From Eledone cirrhosa (taxonomy: Eukaryota), in the NCBI GenBank assembly GCA_964016885.1, contig OZ024740.1, positions 388,368,001 through 388,432,000 of the forward strand: a DNA stretch of 64,000 bases, in the 5' to 3' direction. A program made the translations under genes and the position numbers. This document shows positions 55,790-64,000 of this stretch, one piece after another. Under the pieces are notes generated by a model that saw only the letters and a program-made list of their open reading frames with translations, searched no databases and was not told where the DNA came from. Each line of letters begins with the position of its first letter. Within the stretch, counting starts at the first letter, position 1.

Positions 55790-55872
<83 letters not shown>

Positions 55873-57420
55873 TAAAGTTAGTCTTTCGTCACTGATCTTC
55901 CAACCATCATTGGTATTTCATCGCTTTAAAGACCATAAACCTCCGGTTGGTGCGAGCAACGGCTAAAGAAAGTTGTTGAGACACATACATAAGGGGAATG
56001 AGCGAGAAACAAAAATGGTAAAGCAACGAAAAGTGAGGAAGAATGAGTCAAGTCCCAGATTTCCATGAATATAAGTTCGGTGAAATCGTGAACCAGAGAG
56101 AATAAAGCCCATCAAACCTAGTCGAAATGTGAGCAAGGAAGGAATTCTGCACAGGTCAAACGGGAGGAAGTAGGAGTCCAGTCCGTGAATTCGGTGAACA
56201 TAAATTCTGTGAAATCGTAGACGAGAGAGAGAAAAGGGGAACCAGCCTGGCCAAGCGTGCGAGAGAAAAGAATTACGCACAGGTCAAACGTGAGGAAGTA
56301 GTAGCAGAGAGTGTGTGAAGGGTGAGGAAGAGGCTAACAGAGAGAGTGACTGTTAGATAGGGTAAAGATACAGAGAAAGAGGAAGCACCTTCACCGAACT
56401 TAGATTCATTGAAATCTGGCCACCTGAGTCAAGCACTCGATCAATATGCAATTCTAGCACTTCGGCCACGTGAGTGAGAGGAGACTTTGGGATCCTGGTG
56501 ATGAATCTCCGTGACTGCCTGAGGCGTGAGATCTCAACCAAGGTTGAGCCGAGCAGCTGTGGTGTCGAGGGGGATAGGCATCGTGGGCTCTACCACCGGT
56601 GCAAGGATTCCAACGTGCGTCGAATGAGTTTGACGAGAGAAAGCGGTGGGAGCTGTTATATTTGGAGCAGTTCCTTCATCTCTTGTGCCTGTTGCGTGTG
56701 GCGCACGCGTGGAAGTGATCGACTTTCCGCAGACCAGACGACTGTGGAGAGGCGGGCATTTTTACTGAGGTTTTGGCGATGGGAGCAGCAAACTCTAAAT
56801 AGGGAGAATATGGGGATGGTTGGAATATGTGTGGATGGGTTGAACGATTGAGTTGTGGAAAGGGATTGATGATGGATGATTAAGAGGATAGTTGTATAGA
56901 AGGATAGAGAGAGTGGCCAAATGGATAGGAATGAGAGTGAGAGGAGGAGGTAAATAGATAGATGGATAGGTTCTATAAAGGGAGAGAACAAAGAGAAGGG
57001 AAACGAAATGTATATACCTAAATTTGAAAAAGGCACCATTTATAGTCAATGACATTATAACAGATTCCTGCAATGATAGAATTCAAACAAAATGTCTTAT
57101 GGTATTAATTCCATCGTTCTTTGTTATGGTAGTTGTTTTTTCTCCTCTTTTCAACCATTTGTTCTCAATATTGGCGAGCAGCTTCACGTGGTTGTGCTTG
57201 TTGCTGCAGACCCCAGCATCAGCATTTATAGTGTTCTTAAGATCATAATAGTAAAAAGCGGTATAGAATTTTACTGCAGAAAAATAAATATAATGATAGG
57301 TTTAAGATATGTGTATTGTCTGGTTCTACCTCTTATATTTGTCTCATTGGTATTTTCTGAAGTGCCATAGTATTATTTCTTTTCTTCGTTCGTTGCCTAA
57401 GCATATAATTGATATATATG

Positions 57421-57535
57421 CACACATATGTATACACAGACTTACACACACATATGTATACACAGACTTATACACACATATGTATACACAGACTTACACA
57501 CACATATGTATACACAGACTTACACACACATATGC
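57421..57535. repeat. ~26-28-bp minisatellite (cacacatatgtatacacagactta..) x4
   Basis: Directly visible. Confidence 0.85.
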
Positions 57536-58228
57536 ATATACATAAACACACACAAATACGTACATGAAAGTACACACATATATGATATACGTACAAAATA
57601 CATATGTGTACCAACATACACATACACAAACCCATGTGCGCACATACATTTCAATTATTTGATTTCATTCTTGGCAGGTAGCCACATTTGGTTGTGTGAG
57701 TTGCTGCTGACTTTAGCAGAAATCTAAAAAAAAGGAAAAACAGGTTTTCACTTGGCTGATATCAATTCAAATTATATAAAATAATAAAAAATGATTAAAA
57801 AAATGTTAGAAACACTTATAAAAGATTATATAAGTTACAAAAATAATAAATTTAACAAAATTTATAAAATTTATGAACTATGTCATAACCATTAAACTGG
57901 AGTGTAAAGTGTACTCCACCTATGATAATATATAGAATCAGAATAAAATAGAGTCGATTATATAATACGTATTATGCATCAATTATTAATCATTAATCGT
58001 TTCTGGCTACTTCTCATACTTCTTTAATAAATTCAATATTTATTTATCCACCTCCGTAATTTTTGATATAGTTAATATATACTATAATTACAGCTACACC
58101 ATATTTTTATATTTTTTTAATATTTTATTTCTTTTTATATCTGATGAGCCTAGGTCATCGCAATTGGTAGGATGAGCACTAGCTAGCCGTGGTCCTCAGC
58201 AAAATATGTATATATACGGAGATATCTA

Positions 58229-58478
58229 TCTAGGGCGGGTAAAATTCCCGAGATACATGGACGAGTTCTCTCCAGCGGTCTTTGTCCCTCATTATCGCTG
58301 CCATGTCATGCGTCTCCAAGAGACCAATGTCTGTCCTTAGGGCATCAACATATGTTAACCTCGGTTCTCCACTTCCAGTGTGTCCATGCAGAGTTTCCTA
58401 CAGGAGCAGTGAGTGCAGTGTCAACTCTGGATGTCGGTGAGCATGTCCAGCTAACCTCAGTCTCCTCTGTGCCACATT
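58229..58478 (-). mobile_element. Short 3' fragment of the same RTE family as 45058-46350, with a target-site duplication
   Basis: Homologous to 45058-45305. cggagatat occurs at 58217-58225 and 58479-58487. Confidence 0.85.
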
Positions 58479-58524
58479 CGGAGATATATATATAAACCTA
58501 AATCATATGACCTCCGATCTTTTT

Positions 58525-58612
<88 letters not shown>

Positions 58613-58694
58613 TGCCCCCTCGTTATCGAGTATGGCCATTGCACAATAAAAAAAAAAAAAAATAAAAATAAAATAAATAAAATAAAAAAAAAAA

Positions 58695-58745
<51 letters not shown>

Positions 58746-58776
58746 AAAAAAAAAAAAAAAAAAAAAAAAAGGGAAA

Positions 58777-58815
<39 letters not shown>

Positions 58816-58935
58816 TACATATATATATATATACACATATATATACACACACACATACATACACATACATACATATATACACACACACATACATACACAT
58901 ACACTCACACATATATACACACATACATTAATAAC

Positions 58936-58990
<55 letters not shown>

Positions 58991-59069
58991 GCAATAATAA
59001 TAATAACGACAACAACAATAATAATATACATATTCATATATATATACACACACACGCACGCACATAAGC

Positions 59070-59107
<38 letters not shown>

Positions 59108-59115
59108 GATAGCAA

Positions 59116-62100
59116 CTAACAGTGCTGCGATCGAATGTGGCTTTTTAGCCCAGCCAATGATCTAAAATGTCTTGCACAGAGTCGGCAACCAAAACATTTA
59201 CTGGGAATAGTCGGCTGTGGTTGGAGTTCGTGTACTTTTGCATGTCGCTTGAGTCCTCCTGCTGATTTACATTCTCTACCACATGTTTGGCAAGCATGAT
59301 GAGTAGCATCTCCAACAGCAGCCTGGTAGTCAACCACTGGTCTTACTTTATGACTGCGAAGATGACTTTCGAGTCCAGCTTTGCTTAGGCAGAGTCTCGC
59401 ACAGACGCTGCATGTCAGAAACATAGGAGGACCCTCGCCGTCTGGAAGTGCAACAGCAATACCTTTCCTCACGTCCCGCTTTACTTTCTCGTGTGCGATT
59501 CGAGATGCCTCAAAGGCAACTTTTCCCTCATATACAGTCTTTCTCCATTTATTACGATCAGCAGCAATATTTTCCCATGTATCAGCAGAGATGTTAGCGT
59601 CTTTCAGAGAGGCTTTCAAGGAATCCTTATACCTCTTTTTTGGTTTATGTGGCGGTCGTTTTCCTTTAACCAACTCTCCATAGAAGAGTTGTTTTGGTAT
59701 TCTAGAATCCTTCATCCTGGCAAGGTGACCACTCCAACGGAGTCGCTGCTTAAGCACAAGAGCTTCTATACTGTCACACATAGAGCTTTCCAAAATCTCG
59801 ACATCACTGATGTGGTCCCTCCAGCGAACGCCATGTATCCGTCTGAGACACATCTGATGGAAACGCTCCAATTGCTTAAGGTGGCGTCGATATGTGACCC
59901 AGGTCTCGCAGGCATAAAGAAGACAAGAGAGTACACATGCCCTGTACACCTTTACCTTTGTCCTCCTACATATGTCTCGCCGACCCCAGAGTCGCCTTTC
60001 TAGCTTTCCGAAAGCATCACTTGCTTTCCTAATCCTAAGTGAGATTTCACTGTCAAGGTTGCCGTATCGATTGACAGTGCTTCCCAGGTAGATAAACTGA
60101 TCAACCACTCCAAGTCGTCTGCCATACACATAGATGTTTGGTTCAGTGTACTGCCTACCAGGTGCAGGTTGGTACATGACGACGGTTTTCTTGAGACTGA
60201 CAGTCAAACCCAGGGCAGTGCAAGCGTCAGAAAATACATTCAAAATGTGCTGCATATCACTCTCTGTGTGCGCTACAAGATCGCAATCATCTGCATACAA
60301 GAGGTCTCTTATGACTGATGTAAATACTTTTGTCTTCGCAGCAAAGCGCCTGATGTTAAATATGCTGCCTGAGGTTCGATATCGGATGTAAACACCATGC
60401 TCGCAATTCCTGAATGCAATACAGAAAACCATTGCAAAGTATATGGCAAACAGGGTCGGTGCTGGAATATCCCCCTGTTTCACTCCATTTTTTACTGAGA
60501 TAGGCTCCGACATGTTACCTCCGACATTAACCCAAGCCTTCATGTCGTCATGGAAAGACCTAACTAAAGCAAGGAACTTATCAGGGCAACCAAGTTTCTG
60601 GAGAACCTTCCATAATGCATCTCTGTTGACAGTATCGAAAGCCTTTGTCAGATCGACAAAAACCTGATACAGATCCAAGCCCTGTTCAATGCACTTCTCC
60701 TGGAGCTGTCTAGCTGAGAAGATCATATCAGTAGTGCCGCGTCCAACACGAAAACCAGATTGACTTTCAGGAAGGACACAATCTGCAATGTGTGTCAGCA
60801 GACGGTCCAGAAGCACCCTACATAAAACTTTCCCCACGACAGAAAGCAATGATATACCTCTGTAGTTCCCACAATCATTCCTGTTACCCTTTCCCTTGTA
60901 CAAGACCACCATTACTGCATCTCTCCAGTCCTCAGGCACGGATTCATTAGCCCATATCCTTCCAAACAGAGAGTGAAGATGTTGCAGGAGTCTCTCACCA
61001 CCATATTGTAGGAGCTCAGCATGTATGCCATCCATACCTGGAGATCTTCCACTGTTCAGCTTCGAAATAGCCACTGCAACCTCCACAAGTGTCGGAGGTT
61101 CTGCGAGAGCTACTTTCACAGGACTTTCCGGAATGAGATTGAGGAAATCTTCACTGACGACAGACGGCTGATTCAAAAGATCATCAAAGTGCTCTCGCCA
61201 CCTTCGTAGAATTCCCTGTGAGTCACGAAGAAGTTCTTTGCCATCCTTGCTGCGAATCGGTGTCACCAGAGAAGAAGACGGTCCATAAACCTCACGCAAG
61301 AGACTGTACAACAGCTTTGTGTTATTGCAATCAGACGCAGTTTGTATCTCACCAGCCTTCTCACTCCACCACTGATCCTTCATCTGAGAAAGACTCCGCC
61401 TAACACGTGATTTTACATCCCTGAGCTCCTCATGCAACGTATTCCTCTCCTGTAGTTTTGCCGTCAAGTAGCGTGACAGAGCGCGCCTCTTATCAGCCAA
61501 CAAGTCATCTATATGCACATCTTTCTCATTAAACCAGTCCTGATGTTTTCTCTGCACCAATCCCAGAACACGTCTGCCTACATCATAAACCGACTTTTTA
61601 AGGGTCGGCCAATCCTCACCAAGATCTGCAGCCTGCATCTCTTCTTCCAATGTCCTCTTCACATTTTTATCCTTAAGACGAGCAGCATTCAATCTTTTGG
61701 GCAGGGTAACACCAGGAGCCCGGATTTTACGTTTGGTGATTAGATTAACTTTTGCGCGTACCAGGCGGTGGTCCGTCCAGCACTCAGCTCCACGAAGAAC
61801 ACGAACACACTGCACATCCTGTCTGTCACGCATCCTGACTAGGACGTAGTCCAAAAGATGCCATTCCTTAGATGCAGGATGCATCCATGTGGTCTTGAAT
61901 TTGTTCTTTTGTTGGAACATGGTGTTGGTAACACACAGATCCAGCTCCTCACACATCTGCAGCAAGAGCATACCATTGCTGTTACACTTTCCCACCCCAT
62001 GCCTTCCGATTACATTCCATGTGTTAAAATCCCTACCCACTCTAGCATTAAAGTCACCAAGCACGATGACTTTGTCTGCCTGAGGGATATTTCTTAAAAC

Positions 62101-62661
62101 ACCTTTCAAGGCATGGTAAAAGGACAGTTTTTCTTCATCGACAGAATTCATAGTTGGAGCATACACACTCACCAGGGTAGCATATCTTCCCTTGTCCAGC
62201 GGAACTCTCATGGACATAAGACGCTCACTAATCCCCACTGGGAATTCTTCTAATTTATTCACCAGTACAGTCTTAACAGCAAATCCTACCCCAGCCTCTC
62301 TTCTGGTTCCTTCATCTCTTCCTTTCCAGAAGAATGTATATTCTCCACAAAATTCCGTAAGATGACCATCTCCAGCTAACCTCGTCTCAGACAAAGCCAC
62401 GATGTCAAGATCGTAACGTCGAAGCTCCTTTGCAACAAGAGCGGTCCTTCGTTCAGGACGCTCCAAAGAATCCCTGTCAAGCAGCGTCCGTACGTTCCAG
62501 CAGCCAAGACTAAATGCCCTGTTTGGCTCTATTACAATGGCACGATGACGGGCGGGCCCAGGTTGTGATAACTTGGGGCCCCTGCCCTTATTGCCAATGA
62601 TCTTTTTTGTTCCAGAACCCAAATTGGCAATTATCTCGTTTACATTGTTCTGGAACATCAT
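59116..62661 (-). CDS. Intact RTE-clade LINE ORF (1181 aa): APE endonuclease + RT + three C2H2 zinc fingers
   Basis: Endonuclease motifs: GCWNVRTL, LSETR, VYAPT, LGDFNARVG, LLDYVL, TDHRLV. RT motifs: YRGISLL, QSGFR, DLTKAFD, GVKQG, YADD, LLYACETW. Fingers: CSVC..H..H, CQTC..H..H, CRLC..H..H. No stops; (GT)n tail. Confidence 0.96.
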   Translation of the reverse strand: MMFQNNVNEIIANLGSGTKKIIGNKGRGPKLSQPGPARHRAIVIEPNRAFSLGCWNVRTLLDRDSLERPERRTALVAKELRRYDLDIVALSETRLAGDGHLTEFCGEYTFFWKGRDEGTRREAGVGFAVKTVLVNKLEEFPVGISERLMSMRVPLDKGRYATLVSVYAPTMNSVDEEKLSFYHALKGVLRNIPQADKVIVLGDFNARVGRDFNTWNVIGRHGVGKCNSNGMLLLQMCEELDLCVTNTMFQQKNKFKTTWMHPASKEWHLLDYVLVRMRDRQDVQCVRVLRGAECWTDHRLVRAKVNLITKRKIRAPGVTLPKRLNAARLKDKNVKRTLEEEMQAADLGEDWPTLKKSVYDVGRRVLGLVQRKHQDWFNEKDVHIDDLLADKRRALSRYLTAKLQERNTLHEELRDVKSRVRRSLSQMKDQWWSEKAGEIQTASDCNNTKLLYSLLREVYGPSSSLVTPIRSKDGKELLRDSQGILRRWREHFDDLLNQPSVVSEDFLNLIPESPVKVALAEPPTLVEVAVAISKLNSGRSPGMDGIHAELLQYGGERLLQHLHSLFGRIWANESVPEDWRDAVMVVLYKGKGNRNDCGNYRGISLLSVVGKVLCRVLLDRLLTHIADCVLPESQSGFRVGRGTTDMIFSARQLQEKCIEQGLDLYQVFVDLTKAFDTVNRDALWKVLQKLGCPDKFLALVRSFHDDMKAWVNVGGNMSEPISVKNGVKQGDIPAPTLFAIYFAMVFCIAFRNCEHGVYIRYRTSGSIFNIRRFAAKTKVFTSVIRDLLYADDCDLVAHTESDMQHILNVFSDACTALGLTVSLKKTVVMYQPAPGRQYTEPNIYVYGRRLGVVDQFIYLGSTVNRYGNLDSEISLRIRKASDAFGKLERRLWGRRDICRRTKVKVYRACVLSCLLYACETWVTYRRHLKQLERFHQMCLRRIHGVRWRDHISDVEILESSMCDSIEALVLKQRLRWSGHLARMKDSRIPKQLFYGELVKGKRPPHKPKKRYKDSLKASLKDANISADTWENIAADRNKWRKTVYEGKVAFEASRIAHEKVKRDVRKGIAVALPDGEGPPMFLTCSVCARLCLSKAGLESHLRSHKVRPVVDYQAAVGDATHHACQTCGRECKSAGGLKRHAKVHELQPQPTIPSKCFGCRLCARHFRSLAGLKSHIRSQHC

Positions 62662-62752
62662 TGAATTGGAAAAAAAAAAAAAAAAAAAAAAAGTAATAAT
62701 AATAGTAATAATAATAATAATAATAATAATACTACACTATTAATAATTATTA

Positions 62753-63035
62753 ATGCACTCGTGCAATGCCTGTGCGTGACGAATATTTTTAAAGTGAGGA
62801 AAGACTGTGCACTGAACCAATCCCACTCTCTGAGCGACAGTAGCTATAACCCGAAAAGAAGAAAAGGTCAACATCATCGGTAACTACTGAGCCGCAGGTT
62901 TTATATCGGAGTTAACCCAGTTTCCTGAGATGCCTTCTCCTAGAAGAATACCCTGACATGGGCTAGGGGTTCTTCACTCCCAGTGGTTTAACTGCGCGAT
63001 CGGGCATCCAGCCCGATTATTTCTATGTCCCCGCG
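62753..63035 (-). mobile_element. Interspersed repeat homologous to 22980-23200
   Basis: Shared gcaatgcctgtgc, ccactctct, aaaagaagaa.a.gtcaacatcat and ccttctcctagaa. Confidence 0.55.
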
Positions 63036-63496
63036 CAAAAAAAAAAAAAAAAAAAAAAAATTACTTATTGACACTTATACGTACGACATACACACACACG
63101 CATACATATGCGTAGACACAGCAACACTCATACACACAACAAACACACACACACGCTACTCTACTCACTTACACGCACACACACACATATATATATATAT
63201 ATTACCGTCATTACTGATACAAGATTACCAGATTATGTCAACTGTTGACTTTCAAGAGTTTGTATAGTTGAAGCCGATCGTATTACAGTCCAGTATTACT
63301 ATAATTGCTTTACAGCATAGAGTTATGGCTCTCCACGGAGTCAACAAAAGAGAGTACCAGTGATGCGCTGGACAGTCGCTGGATCCGTGCCAAAAGCAGA
63401 AAAATTATTATTAAAGTTGTTCTTAAGGCCAGGTCGCTGGTGATGGTGATGGCGACGGCGGTGGTGGTGGTGGTGGCAGTTGATGTTGTTGTTCTG

Positions 63497-63545
<49 letters not shown>

Positions 63546-63561
63546 GTTATTTTGAGTTTTT

Positions 63562-63627
<66 letters not shown>

Positions 63628-63631
<4 letters not shown>

Positions 63632-64000
63632 GGAAAAAATGAAACGAAATTTCATTTCTCACTCTTAGTATGGCTGTTACTTAAATATAAGTATGTATAC
63701 GTACATACATATATGTATACAGACGTACAGTAGTATTATATATATATACATACATGCACACATATATATATGTACGTATGAATTCACCGAACATTTATTA
63801 TAATGCTCGGTATGTTTGTAAACAAACATCCCGAATTAAGCCGTACAGTGTCTAACAACCATCGTTGCTCATTTGTTCAACACTGACAAAGGAACGCTAT
63901 ACTAGTTTCAAGCTTATTAGCTATCGTCAGCAACGTATACCTTCCTGCAAGATGATTGAACGTCTGAAAGTATATACTTTCCTTATGCATATTAACGGCT
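63628..64000 (-). mobile_element. Another copy of the hammerhead-bearing unit (19840-type subfamily), cut by the window end
   Basis: Near-identical to 20323-20555 and 20100-20265. Confidence 0.88.
63893..63936 (-). ncRNA. Type I hammerhead ribozyme
   Basis: Minus strand: acgttg-CTGACGA-tagctaataagctt-GAAA-ctagt-A-tagcgt. Confidence 0.75.

Noticed and set aside
58133-58216. CTGATGAG... possible hammerhead
   Set aside because: GAAA is replaced by caaaa and the stems do not pair cleanly; at best a decayed relic.

Overview
AT-rich eukaryotic intergenic or intronic DNA saturated with microsatellites and transposons. An octopus/cephalopod origin is inferred from the SINE sequence and repeat landscape, not verified. 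No host gene is recognisable. Contents in order: (1) a ~15.5-kb head-to-tail stack of Tx1/L1-clade LINEs sitting in (ATCT)n/(TA)n microsatellite (3211-18714); (2) a decayed Helitron with both termini (25587-29216); (3) two nested Penelope-like elements (Naiad-type, RT+GIY-YIG) forming a ~14-kb palindrome-in-palindrome (30067-44358); (4) a 5'-inverted RTE LINE and an intact RTE LINE with three C-terminal C2H2 fingers (59116-62661). The main observation is that the window carries at least 18 type I hammerhead ribozyme motifs. Eight lie in a ~500-570-bp tandem satellite (48534-52891), one per unit. Related copies occur at 19840-20938 and 63628-64000, and an unrelated ~322-bp family at 55193-55750. 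These arrays share the fixed-3'-end / inverted-5'-end architecture of the neighbouring Penelope elements and have an ATGCAAAT octamer upstream of the ribozyme. They are candidate retrozyme (ribozyme circRNA) families mobilised by Penelope RT. All folds and alignments were done by eye.
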